Source: an uncultured Candidatus Rokubacteria bacterium (GTDB taxonomy: Bacteria > Methylomirabilota > Methylomirabilia > Rokubacteriales > CSP1-6). From it: 64,000 nt of DNA. Both the position numbers and the translations under genes were made by a program. The notes beneath the pieces are model-generated. The model saw only the letters and a list, made by a program, of their open reading frames with translations. It was not told the origin of the DNA and ran no database searches. The stretch is from contig CAVWWD010000005.1 of the NCBI GenBank assembly GCA_963758635.1, positions 1 to 64,000 on the forward strand. Reading direction: 5' to 3'. Below, piece after piece: positions 40,863 through 51,871 of the stretch. Every line of letters starts with the position of its first letter. The first letter of the stretch is position 1.

Positions 40863-41693
40863 CTAGAAGATTCTCTGCGGGACAAAGATGATGTCGTCCG
40901 GCCTCAACCGCACGTCAGGATTGTCTTCTGGAGACCGCAGCATCTTATCAAGGTCGACTCTGATACGCACCTTTTTTTCGCCCTCGTTGCGCAGAAGATC
41001 GACGCGACCGCTCGCGGCGAGCGGCGTGAACCCACCGGCCTGGGTCACCGCCTTCACGATCGTGAGGTCGCTGGCGTACTTCACCGCGCCCGGCGTCCGC
41101 ACCTCGCCCTGCACGTACACCATTTCGGCCAGGGGAATGACCACGGAGTCGCCCGGCTCGAGCTTCATGTTCTGGCTGAGGTCGCCCTTCTCGAGGAGCC
41201 TCCGGAAGTCGATGGGGATCCGCTTGTCCTTCCGGAGGAGGAAGCCCTTCTCGGCGTCGGCGTTCGGCTGCGCCCCGCCGGCGAGCGAGAGCGCCTGGAG
41301 GATCGTGAGATCGCGGGTGAGCTGCATGGGGCCCGGCTTGCCGAAGCCGCCGATGAAGTACACGGGACGGCTCCGGATCTCGCGGACGATGACCGTCACG
41401 GACGGCTGACGCACCGTCTTCGAGTAGAGGATGACGAGGTCGTCCTGGAGCTTCTGGACCGTCTTGCCCGCGGCGTCGACCTCGCCGAGGAGCGGCAGCG
41501 AGGTCTTACCGTCCGGGCGGACGAACACCACGTGGTTCAGGTCCTTGTTGTCCCACACCTGGATCTCGAGGATGTCCTCGGGCCCGATGATGTACGCCTC
41601 GTCGGCGGCGGCGGCCGGGCCGGCGAGCGCTCCGACGAGCATCGACAGCGCGAACAGGAGCGATGCTCCCCCCACGACGGCGCGTCTGATCAT
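40863..41693 (-). CDS. wza: Polysaccharide export OPX protein (short Wza-like; Poly_export plus SLBB domains)
   Basis: YIIGPEDIL, VRPDGKTSLPLLG, LEPGD, VQGEVRTPG, AGGFT, LRPDDIIFVP; AGGAG SD 7 nt before the ATG. Confidence 0.9.
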   Translation of the reverse strand: MIRRAVVGGASLLFALSMLVGALAGPAAAADEAYIIGPEDILEIQVWDNKDLNHVVFVRPDGKTSLPLLGEVDAAGKTVQKLQDDLVILYSKTVRQPSVTVIVREIRSRPVYFIGGFGKPGPMQLTRDLTILQALSLAGGAQPNADAEKGFLLRKDKRIPIDFRRLLEKGDLSQNMKLEPGDSVVIPLAEMVYVQGEVRTPGAVKYASDLTIVKAVTQAGGFTPLAASGRVDLLRNEGEKKVRIRVDLDKMLRSPEDNPDVRLRPDDIIFVPQRIF

Positions 41694-41703
41694 GCTCACA
41701 CTC

Positions 41704-43100
<1,397 letters not shown>

Positions 43101-43111
43101 GGATCGCGTCC

Positions 43112-43602
43112 CTATCCCTGCGGCTCGCTGGCGTAGACGACCTGGTTGCCGCCGCGCCGGCACGCCTCGCTGAGGTGCGCCTGGGCGCGCGAGAGCAGCA
43201 CGGTGTCGTTGTAGCCGTCGCGGGGGAAGGAGACGCCCGCCCACGCTCAAGGTCACCTGGCGGGCGCCGTTGCCGGGCTGGCCGGGAAACGCGACCTGCT
43301 CGATGTGCGCGCGAAGCCTCTCGGCCACACGCACGGCATCGGCGCCCTCGGTGTGGAGCAGGAGGACGGCGATCCCGTTGTCGACCTGGCCGATCATGTC
43401 GGTGGAGCGGAGCATCTGGGCGATCTTCCTCGACACCACCCGCCGGACGCTCCTCGTCGACCGTGCCCAGGGCGTCGGGCTTCAGCAGACAGACCGAGAA
43501 GAAATCCTGGTAACGGGTGGAGCGCTGAGCCTCGCGCGTCAGCAGGTGACGGAACGCGTCCTCGATGAAGACCCCGGTCGCGGGTTCGACGAAGTCGCTC
43601 AC
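43112..43602 (-). CDS. Stand-alone degenerate GGDEF-fold protein; two frameshifts
   Basis: Reconstructed EPATG..REAQRSTRY..LRSTDMIGQVDNGIAVLL..AERLR..TLSVG..SFP..RGGNQV; GTG at 43602 with AAGGAG SD. Confidence 0.7.
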
Positions 43603-43705
43603 GGCGTGCTCCTTTTGCTCGGACCGCATGATCGGTAGCCCCCGTTATCGCGAGATCACGCTCACGAAAAATTTGTGCTTCGTCCCGTCAACGTTGTGGG
43701 TCCAC

Positions 43706-43721
43706 CGCAAGCGAGGTGCCA
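43706..43721 (-). promoter_or_regulatory. sigma54 promoter of the GGDEF-activator-wza-barrel operon
   Basis: Minus strand TGGCACCTCGCTTGCG matches TGGCAC-N5-TTGC; AT-rich AATCAA repeats at 43758-43776. Confidence 0.8.
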
Positions 43722-43911
43722 GGACCTCGACACCCGGCCCGAGAGGCGAACGTCGTGAATCAACTCAATCAATCAAGACAGTTGACGTGACACTGCTTGC
43801 CGGCGCTTGGCTGCCAACTGGACAGCCAGACCATCGACACCGTGCGTCACCATGAAAGAACTGCATGAACGTAAGAAGGAAGACACTTCGGCGGATTGGG
43901 TAATCCGATAC

Positions 43912-45408
43912 CTAGGGCTGGTTCTCTACCTTGCTCTTCAGCCTCCGCTCGGCCTTCCCGTCGAGACCAGCCGCGGTGATCTTGTAGAGCAAGGCCTTAT
44001 AGCTGATCTTGAGCAGCCGGGCCGCCTCGGCGCGATTCCACCTGACGCGGTCGAGCACCTCTTTCAGGACGGCCTTCTCCGCCTCGAGCGCCGCGCGCTT
44101 GGCGATCTCCTTCAGCCCGAGCCCGAAGTCGCTATCCGGCGGACCCCGCAGCCGGGACAGGTGGCGGCGGACTCACGTGGACGGGGCCGGGCGGCGCCAC
44201 GGACCCGGCCATGGCCGCGCCCGGCCAGGGCCGGTTCCGCCGCATCGAGATCTCCTCGTGCAGGAGCGCGTCGTTCTGCAGCACGACGAGACGCTTGATC
44301 ATGTTCTCGAGCTCGCGCACGTTGCCCGGCCACGGGTATTCCTGGAGAAGCCGCATCGTCTCGCCCGAGATGGTCGGGTGAGTCGCGCTCGTACTGCATG
44401 CAGAACTTCCGTCGGAAGTGGTTCACGAGGAGGGGAATCTCCTCGCGGCGCTCCCGGAGCGGCGGCACCGAGATCGTCACCACGTTCAGGCGGTAGTAGA
44501 GGTCCTCCCGGAACTGCCCGGTCTGGATGATCGCGGCGAGCTCCTTGTTGGTGGCCGCGACGAGGCGCACGTCGGTGTCGATCAGCTCGCTGCCGCCCAC
44601 GCGGAAGAACTTCCCGTCCTGGAGGACGTGGAGGAGCTTCGCCTGCAGGCCGAGCGGCATCTCGCCGATCTCGTCGAGGAGGAACGTGCCGCGGTGGGCG
44701 AGCTCGAACTTGCCGGGCTTTCGCCGGTGCGCCCCGGTGAACGCCCCCTTCTCGTGCCCGAAGAGCTCGGACTCCAGCAGGTCGCCGGGGAGCGATGCGC
44801 AGTTCACCTTCAGGAACGGGCGGTCCCGCCGGCCGGAGATGTAATGGATGGCCTTGGCCACCATCTCCTTGCCGGTGCCGCTCTCGCCCTGGAGGAGGAT
44901 GGTCGCGTTGGTGTCGGCGGCCCGCCTGACGATGTTCTCCACCGCGCGCATCCGCTCGCTGTTCCTGAACAGCAGATCGAGGTCCGGCCAGAAGCGGTCG
45001 CCGTTCCCCGCGCTGGCCGCAACCTCGGCGGGCGACACCGCGTCGGGACGGGTCAAGGCGCCCTTCACCGCGTTGACGATGGCGCCGGACGAGCGCGGAC
45101 TTCCCGACGAAGTCGACGGCGCCCGCGCGCATGGCGCGCACGACCAGCCCCGGGTCCTGGAGCGCGGACATGGCGATGACCACCGCGTCGGTGTTCTCGA
45201 CCCGGATCTGCTGGAGCAGGGCGAACCCGTCGGTGCCCGGCATGTCCAGGTCGAAGAGGACGATCTGGGGATGAAGCGACGAAAGGATCGCCATCCCCTC
45301 GGGAGCGGTGGCGGCGGTGAGCACGCCGAACGTCCCGTCCCGGAGGAGACGGGCGAGGTTATCGCGGCTTACCGGGTCACCATCGACGACCAGAACGGAC
45401 GAGGCCAT
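43912..45408 (-). CDS. NtrC-family sigma54 response regulator (REC-AAA+-HTH); about three frameshifts
   Basis: VLFDLDMP receiver, GESGTGKE, ESELFGHEKGAFTGA, REDLYYRLN, WPGNVRELEN, WNRAEAARLLKISYKALLYK. Confidence 0.85.
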
Positions 45409-45471
45409 GAGGAGCGACTACTCCTTGACGGGGAGCCGGGACGGCCGGGATACTCGGGCCGGGATAGGAAA

Positions 45472-45832
45472 ATGCGCATCCTCGTCGTTGACGATGAGCC
45501 GTCCGTCGCGCAGGTCATCGCAGAGGCCGTCCAGGCTCGCGGAGATGCCGCGCTGGTGTGCCTGGACGCGACGGAGGCGATCGAGCTCCTGGAGACCACG
45601 AAGGTCGACGGCGTCTTCATGGACCTCGTGATGCCCGGCCTCGGCGGCCTCGCCGCGCTCGCCCGCATCCGCTCCCGCCACCCGAAGCTTCCCGTCGTGA
45701 TCTTCTCCGGTCATGCCGACGAGGACCAGGTGAGGGAGGCCTCTGAGCTTGGGAGCGGTCGAGGTGGTGCGCAAGCCCGCCGCGCTGACCCATCTCACCG
45801 AAGCGCTCGCCCGCCTCGAGCCGGGCGGTTGA
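45472..45832 (+). CDS. Single-domain response regulator (CheY-like), frameshifted near 45750
   Basis: MRILVVDDE, FMDLVMPG, FSG; the KP motif lies in the next frame. Confidence 0.8.
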
Positions 45833-46048
45833 TACGCTCGCGTCATCCGGGTAGAACCCCCACGTTCGCGTCATTGTCGAGATGGTATGGGGTAATCGTT
45901 GGGAAAGGCAATGCCCAGATTCTCCGGGCAGCATGGCATTCTTGGGTCCGAACAGTGAGGAATTTGGAAATCCAGAGGGCCCAGAGGGACAGTTCCCGCG
46001 CGAGGCGAGTCATCCTTTCCCTTGCCTCGCAGTTGACGATCTGAGACC

Positions 46049-46459
46049 ATGACCGCCATGAGGGCACCCGCACGAGCGACCCTGCTGGTAGGAGTTCTCG
46101 GCTTCGTGCTGGCCGGCCCCGCCACCGCGCAAACCCCTCCCACGCAACCTTCGACGGCTCCAGCTCCTGTCGACGTCCAGACCTCCGTGACTCCCGCCGA
46201 CAGGAACCTCGAGATCATCGCCCCGTCCCCGGGGGCCCGCGACGTCACGCGTCCGCGTGAGGCGGACTTCTATCCCGAGGACGTCCGCGTGCAGCACGAG
46301 CCGGGGTTCGTGGAGCCGTTGACGGCGAGGCCGAAGACCGGACCCGTGAAGAAGGTCGGCGTCTCGGGATGGACGGCGCCGCCTGGGCGCGGCGACGGCA
46401 TCGTCCAGCGCGAGATCAGCGGCTGGTTCGGCTTCGGCATCAGCGTGATCTGGGAGTGA
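46049..46459 (+). CDS. Hypothetical secreted protein
   Basis: Signal peptide (GPATA-Q), Pro/Thr-rich segment, C-terminal GWFGFGISVIWE. Confidence 0.7.
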   Translation: MTAMRAPARATLLVGVLGFVLAGPATAQTPPTQPSTAPAPVDVQTSVTPADRNLEIIAPSPGARDVTRPREADFYPEDVRVQHEPGFVEPLTARPKTGPVKKVGVSGWTAPPGRGDGIVQREISGWFGFGISVIWE

Positions 46460-46514
46460 CGCCGACCCGAAGCATCGGCCGGTCGTCACGTCGTCTCGCG
46501 CCCGCTCCCTCCCC

Positions 46515-47090
46515 ATGCCGATCCTGAAGGGCAACCTCCACGCGCACACGACGTTCTCGGACGGGCGCCGGCCCGTCGCCGAGGTCGTGAGCCGGTACCG
46601 GGAGATGGGCTACGACTTCCTCGCCATCACCGATCACGACTCGTGGGTGGGCGAGGACTACTGGTACAGCATCCCCGCGGGCGACGACCGGATGCTGATC
46701 CTCACCGGCATCGAGCTCAACTTCCTTCCGCTGTCGCAGCACGTGGGGAAGGTGATGGGCGACCGCGAGACCCTGTTCATCCTGAACCACCCCGCCCGCT
46801 ACGGCCTCAGCGTGGACGATGCGCTTCGCCGCATCGCGACCCTGCGCTCGGAAGGCCTGCCCATCGAGGCGGTGGAGGTGACCGACACCGGGGTGTACCA
46901 GCCGCGCTACGACGTGCCGGCGATGGGCGTGCCGCGCGTGGCCACCGACGATTCGCACCGCGACGACCACTTCGGCCGCGCGTGGATCGAGGTGGACGCG
47001 GCTCGCCAGCCCGACGCGATCCTCCGCGCCATCAAGGCTGGTCAGTTCCGGCTCGGGTTCGCCTCGCCCGGCGACGGCCTGCTTCGCTGA
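46515..47090 (+). CDS. PHP-domain metallophosphoesterase
   Basis: GNLHAHTTFSDG, AITDHD, NHP, TDDSH. Confidence 0.85.
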   Translation: MPILKGNLHAHTTFSDGRRPVAEVVSRYREMGYDFLAITDHDSWVGEDYWYSIPAGDDRMLILTGIELNFLPLSQHVGKVMGDRETLFILNHPARYGLSVDDALRRIATLRSEGLPIEAVEVTDTGVYQPRYDVPAMGVPRVATDDSHRDDHFGRAWIEVDAARQPDAILRAIKAGQFRLGFASPGDGLLR

Positions 47091-47096
47091 GGCCGC

Positions 47097-47687
47097 TCAG
47101 CGGGAGGGGGGCGCGGCCCCGATGCTCCGCAGCAGCATCGGCGTGAGCGCGGTGACCACGTCGCCCAGCGGCTCGTCCTCGCCGCGCGACAGCCACTGGA
47201 TCACCAGCTCGTTGACCGCGCCCAGCCACATCAGCGTGGCGATCCGCGTGTCGAGCGGCGGGATCGAGCGCTCGGCCACCGCCTGATCGAGGTGGGCCTG
47301 GACGAGCGCGGCGAAGCGGCCGTGCACCTCGGCGCGCTTCGCCTGGTAGGTCGGCCCGAGGCTCGCCGCCTCGAACAGGAGGATGCGCGCGAGCTCGCGA
47401 TGGCGGCCGAAGGTCTCGAGCCCCGCCCGCAGCGCGGCCTCGACCTTGCCGAGGGCCCCGTGCGAGCCGTCGATGGCCGTGCCCACCGCCGCGGCGAGGC
47501 GGCCGGAGAAGTCGTCGAGGAGGGCGAGGAACAGCGCCTCCTTGTTGGGGAAGTGGTGGTAGACCGCGCCCTTGGAGGTGCCGGAGGCGCGCACGATGTC
47601 GTCCACCGGCGCCCCGTGATACCCTTTTTCGGCGAACGTCCGGAGCGCGGCGCGCAGGATGCGGTCGCGCGTCGCCGTCCTGCTCAT
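47097..47687 (-). CDS. TetR/AcrR family transcriptional regulator
   Basis: RILRAA..FAEKGY..DDIV..SKGAVYHHFPNKEALF. Confidence 0.92.
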   Translation of the reverse strand: MSRTATRDRILRAALRTFAEKGYHGAPVDDIVRASGTSKGAVYHHFPNKEALFLALLDDFSGRLAAAVGTAIDGSHGALGKVEAALRAGLETFGRHRELARILLFEAASLGPTYQAKRAEVHGRFAALVQAHLDQAVAERSIPPLDTRIATLMWLGAVNELVIQWLSRGEDEPLGDVVTALTPMLLRSIGAAPPSR

Positions 47688-47710
47688 CGCCCCACCGCCG
47701 AGGAGGCTCC

Positions 47711-48541
47711 ATGCAGGTCATCCGCATCGGCCATAGCCCGGACCCCGACGACGCCTTCATGTTCTACGCGCTCACGTCGGGGAAGGTGGCCATCCCCGGC
47801 GTCACCATCGAGCACCGGCTCGAGGACATCGAGTCGCTGAACCGGCGGGCGCGCACCGCCGAGCTCGAGGTGACCGCGGTCTCGGCCGCCGCCTACACGC
47901 TGATCCACGACCAGTACCGGATGATGGATCCGGGGGCCTCCATGGGAAAGGGCTACGGGCCCATCCTCGTCTCCCGGGAGCCGGTGCCGCGGAGCGAGAT
48001 CGAGGACAAGGTCGTGGCCATTCCCGGGAGCCACACGACGGCGGCGTTGCTTCTCCGGATGTTCTGCGGGGACCCGCCGATCATCGAGGTTGCCTTCGAC
48101 AAGATCCCCCAGGCCGTGCTGGAGGGCCAGGCGCACCTCGGCCTGCTCATCCACGAGGGACAGATCACGCACCGGGACATGGGCCTCGTGAAGGTCCTGG
48201 ACCTGGGCGAGGAGTGGGCGCGAGAGTCGGGCGGCCTGCCCCTGCCGCTGGGCATCAACGTCATGCGGCGCGACCTCGGCGAGCCGATGCACCGGAAGCT
48301 GTCCCAGGCCCTTCGCGACGCCATCGACTTCGCCCACGGCAACGTGGACGAGGCGCTCGAGTACGCGATGCGCTACGGGCGAGGCATCGACAAGGAGACG
48401 TGCCGGCGCTTCGTGCTGATGTACGTCAACGAGTACACGAAACAGCTCGGTGACGAGGGCCGCGCCGCGCTGGAGCGCCTCTACCGCCTCGCCCACGCCC
48501 GGGGGCTCATTGCCGCGATCCCGCCCGTCGACCCGATTTAA
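47711..48541 (+). CDS. mqnD: 1,4-dihydroxy-6-naphthoate synthase (futalosine pathway)
   Basis: GHSPDPDDAFMF, DIESLN, GYGP, LLIHEGQ, LPLPLG, MYVN. Confidence 0.88.
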   Translation: MQVIRIGHSPDPDDAFMFYALTSGKVAIPGVTIEHRLEDIESLNRRARTAELEVTAVSAAAYTLIHDQYRMMDPGASMGKGYGPILVSREPVPRSEIEDKVVAIPGSHTTAALLLRMFCGDPPIIEVAFDKIPQAVLEGQAHLGLLIHEGQITHRDMGLVKVLDLGEEWARESGGLPLPLGINVMRRDLGEPMHRKLSQALRDAIDFAHGNVDEALEYAMRYGRGIDKETCRRFVLMYVNEYTKQLGDEGRAALERLYRLAHARGLIAAIPPVDPI

Positions 48542-49611
48542 TACTCGCAGAGGATCTCGTATTCGGTCGTGCGCTGGGCGGGCGTGAAGCCCGCGTCGCG
48601 GATCAGGGTCACGACCTCGTCCACCGTCGTCCGGTTCACGTAGTCGGCGGCGGCGTGGACGTTCTCCTCGAAGAGGGTGCCCCCGAAGTCGTCGGCGCCC
48701 CAGGACAGCGCCACCTGTCCGGCCCGCTTGCCCTCCGAGAACCACGACGCCTGCACGTGGGGGAAGTTGTCGAGGTACAGCCGTGAGACGCCGAGCATGC
48801 GGAGGTAGGCGCTCGGCCCCTTGTACTGCTTGATCCACTTCTCGAGCAGCGTGTTGCCCGGCTTGAAGGACCACGGGACGAAGGCGGTGAAGCCCCCGTG
48901 CTCGTCCTGGAGCGCCCGGATCGCGTCCAGGTGGTCGAGCACGTCCTCGGGCGTCTCCACGTGCCCGTACATCATCGTGGCGGTGGAGCGGAACCCCTGC
49001 CGGTGCGCTTCCCGGTGCACGTCGAGCCAGGCCGCGGGGCCGCCCTTCTTGGGCTCGATGCGCCGCCGCACGCGCTCGGAGAGCACCTCGGCCCCGCCGC
49101 CGGGGAGCGTGTTCTGGCCGGCCTCCTTGAGGGCGGCCAGCACCTCGGGCACGTCGAGCTTCGACACCTCGGCCACGGTGCGGATCTCGGAGGCGGTGAA
49201 GTAGTGCGGCGTCACCGAGGGGAACCGCCGTCGCGTCTCCCGCACCAGCGACAGGTAGTAGGACAGCGGCAGCCCCGGGTTGTGCCCGCCCTGGAGCAGC
49301 ACGGTGGTGGCCCCGCGCTCGGCGGCGAAGGCCACCTTCGCCATGACCTCCTCCACCGTCAGCGTGTAGGCCTCGGGGTCGCCGGGCTTGCGGTAGAACG
49401 CGCAGAACTGGCAGTCGGTGACGCAGACGTTCGTGTAGTTCGGGTTCGAGTCGATGACGAACGTCACGCGGCGATCGGGGATCCGCCGGAAGCGCTCCTG
49501 CTGGGCCATCGCGCCCACGTCGACCAGGGGCGCCTCGGTGAGGAGCCAGAGGCCCTGCGCGCGGTCCAGCCGGCGGCCGGCCTCCCGCGCCTCGCGGATC
49601 CCGGCGAGCAC
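48538..49611 (-). CDS. mqnC: Cyclic dehypoxanthinyl futalosine synthase (radical SAM)
   Basis: NYTNVCVTDCQFCAF, LLQGGHNP, PGGGAE, QASW, GADDFGGTLFEENV. Confidence 0.9.
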   Translation of the reverse strand: MLAGIREAREAGRRLDRAQGLWLLTEAPLVDVGAMAQQERFRRIPDRRVTFVIDSNPNYTNVCVTDCQFCAFYRKPGDPEAYTLTVEEVMAKVAFAAERGATTVLLQGGHNPGLPLSYYLSLVRETRRRFPSVTPHYFTASEIRTVAEVSKLDVPEVLAALKEAGQNTLPGGGAEVLSERVRRRIEPKKGGPAAWLDVHREAHRQGFRSTATMMYGHVETPEDVLDHLDAIRALQDEHGGFTAFVPWSFKPGNTLLEKWIKQYKGPSAYLRMLGVSRLYLDNFPHVQASWFSEGKRAGQVALSWGADDFGGTLFEENVHAAADYVNRTTVDEVVTLIRDAGFTPAQRTTEYEILCEY

Positions 49612-49613
49612 GG

Positions 49614-50717
49614 TCAGCTCCAGACGCGCACGACGTTGTAGAGGGCGTCGCGCTCCACCGCCGTCTTGCCCGCGTCGCGGATCATGCGGAGGATCTGATC
49701 GCGGGCCAGCCCGGCCGGGCTCTCCGCCTTGGCCATGTGGGCGATCTTCTCGTCCTCCAGGGTCCCGTTCACGTCGGACGCGCCGAAGTGCAGGGCCAGG
49801 GACGCCGTCTCCTCGCCGAGCATCACCCAGTACGCCTCCACGTGCGGGAAGTTGTCGAGGAGCAGCCGCGAGGCGGCGATCGTCCGCAGGTCGTCGGTGG
49901 GCGGAGTCTGGCGCGGCACGAGCTTGGTGTTGCCCACCTGATAGGACAGCGGGATGAAGGTCAGAAAGCCGCCCGACCGGTCCTGCTGCTCGCGCAGCCG
50001 CAGGAGGTGGTCGACGCGCTCCGGCCTGGTCTCGACGTGGCCGTAGAGCATGGTGGCGTTGGTCTTGATGCCGAGCTCGTGGGCGATCCCGTGGATCTCG
50101 CACCACCGGTCGGCGTCGGCCTTGCCCGTGTAGTGGAGGAGCTTCGCGAGGCGAGGAGAGAAGATCTCCGCGCCGCCCCCTGGCATGGAGTGGAGGCCCG
50201 CGGCCTTGAGCCGGGTGAGCGCCTCGCGCGGCTCGATCTTGAAGCGGCGCCACCAGTAGTCGACCTCGGCGGCGGTGAACGCCTTGATCTGCGTCTCCGG
50301 CCGCGCGGCGTGGATGGCCGCGATCATCCGCTCGAAGTAGTCGAACGGCCAGTCCGGGTGATGGCCGCCCACGATGTGCGCCTCGCGCGTCCCCGGCTTG
50401 ATCATCTCGAGGACGTCCTCGATGGAGTTCTCGAACGCGCCCGGCTGGCCCTTCTTCCGCGCGAAGTCGCAGAAGCTGCACGAGAGCACGCAGACGTTCG
50501 TGGGATTGACGTAGCGGTTGAGCACGAAGAAGACCTGGTCGCCGTAGCGCCGGCTCTTCACGAGGTCGGCCATGCGTCCCAGGCCGTGGAGGTCGTCGGT
50601 CTCGAAAAGAAGCAGCCCGTCCTCGCGGCTGAGCCGCGCGCCCTCCTGCACGCGCTCCCAGACGGGGAGCAGGCGTCGATCGCTGAACAACCCTGCGGGA
50701 GCCACGGCCGTCGCCAT
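49614..50717 (-). CDS. mqnE: Aminofutalosine synthase (radical SAM)
   Basis: NPTNVCVLSCSFCDF, HIVGG, KAFTAAE, NATMLYGH, AYWVM, EKIAHMA. Confidence 0.9.
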   Translation of the reverse strand: MATAVAPAGLFSDRRLLPVWERVQEGARLSREDGLLLFETDDLHGLGRMADLVKSRRYGDQVFFVLNRYVNPTNVCVLSCSFCDFARKKGQPGAFENSIEDVLEMIKPGTREAHIVGGHHPDWPFDYFERMIAAIHAARPETQIKAFTAAEVDYWWRRFKIEPREALTRLKAAGLHSMPGGGAEIFSPRLAKLLHYTGKADADRWCEIHGIAHELGIKTNATMLYGHVETRPERVDHLLRLREQQDRSGGFLTFIPLSYQVGNTKLVPRQTPPTDDLRTIAASRLLLDNFPHVEAYWVMLGEETASLALHFGASDVNGTLEDEKIAHMAKAESPAGLARDQILRMIRDAGKTAVERDALYNVVRVWS

Positions 50718-50842
50718 CTGTCCCTCACCCTCCGCCGTTCGAGTAGACCGACTGGTCGGTCCGATTCTAAGTACCCGTATTCCGACGGTCAAGCTTGACG
50801 TCGCGCCGAGCGCAGTGTTTACTGTCGCCGCACTGTCGTCCA

Positions 50843-50950
50843 AACGCATGACGTCACGTCAGGTGCGGGCGGGCGAAGCCCGGGCGCCCGCGCCCCAACG
50901 TATGACGTGACGTCAGGTGCGGGCGGGCGAAGCCCCGGGCGCCCGCACCC
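50843..50950. repeat. Tandem pair of REP-like palindromic units (~54 bp)
   Basis: ATGACGTSACGTCAGGTGCGGGCGGGCGAAGCCC(C)GGGCGCCCGC repeated twice. Confidence 0.85.
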
Positions 50951-50965
50951 GGTAACGGAGGTCGA

Positions 50966-51430
50966 GTGACAGCGCAGCCGAGCACGCACGGCGCCCACTA
51001 CTTCGAGGATATCGAGGTCGGCGCCGAGTACGAGTCTCCCGGCCGGACCGTCACCGAGACGGACATCGTCCTCTTCGCGGGTCTCTCGGGCGACTACAAC
51101 GTCCTCCACACCGACGCCGAGCACATGAAGTCCTCGCAGTTCGGCGAGCGGATCGCCCACGGCCTCCTCGTCCTGTCCATGCAGGAAGGGCTGCTCGGCC
51201 GCGTGATGCCGGAAGGCGCGGGCCTCGCCCACGCCGCCATCGCGTGGCGCTTCCGGGGACCCATCAAGATCGGCGACACGATCCGCGTGCGCGCTCGCGT
51301 CACGGCCAAGGACGAGTCCACCACGCCCGGGCGTGGGATCATCAAGGTCGAGCGACGCGTGATGAACCAGCGCGACGAGGTGGTGCAGGAGGGAGAGACC
51401 GCGCACGTGATCGAGCGCCGGCGTGGCTGA
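50966..51430 (+). CDS. MaoC-family (hotdog fold) dehydratase
   Basis: YFEDIEVG, RTVTETD, FAGLSGDYNVLHTD, FGERIAHG. Confidence 0.9.
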   Translation: MTAQPSTHGAHYFEDIEVGAEYESPGRTVTETDIVLFAGLSGDYNVLHTDAEHMKSSQFGERIAHGLLVLSMQEGLLGRVMPEGAGLAHAAIAWRFRGPIKIGDTIRVRARVTAKDESTTPGRGIIKVERRVMNQRDEVVQEGETAHVIERRRG

Positions 51431-51871
51431 CACGACGACCGCGCCCCGCGCCTGTTCGGGTCCTCGCAGCAGTTCTTCGAGGACGTGGAGATCGGCCCGT
51501 CGGTCGAGACGCCGGGCCTGACGGTGACGGAGGCGCACGTCGAGCTCTACGCCGGGCTCGTGTCCTGGCGTCCGGCCGACGCCGGCGCCGTCCCCGACCT
51601 GCTCCCCCTGGCCCTCTCGTCGGGACTGGGCTGGCGCGCCAACCGGACGCCGCTCGCCGTGCTCGCCTTCATGGGAGTCGACTGGTCGTTCCACCATCCG
51701 GTGCGCGTGGGTGACACCATCCACAACCGCTCCCGTACCGCGGCCAAGCGCGGCATGAAGGAGGGCGGCCTCGTCCTCGAGGAGCGCGAGATCCTGAACC
51801 AGCGCGGCGAGGTGGTCCAGTCGGGCCGCCTCAGAGTCCTCGTCGCCAGGCGTCCGAGCCCGGCTCCGTGA
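51423..51871 (+). CDS. Second MaoC-family subunit (start uncertain, probable 5' indel)
   Basis: QFFEDVEIG, TVTEAHV, FHHPVRVGDTI, NQRGEVVQ; lacks the D-x4-H hydratase motif. Confidence 0.75.

Noticed and set aside
37715..40885. Apparent beta-barrel / sugar-transferase fusion (1056 aa)
   Set aside because: A frameshift near 39725 causes read-through across an intergenic region that holds a sigma54 promoter and IHF site.
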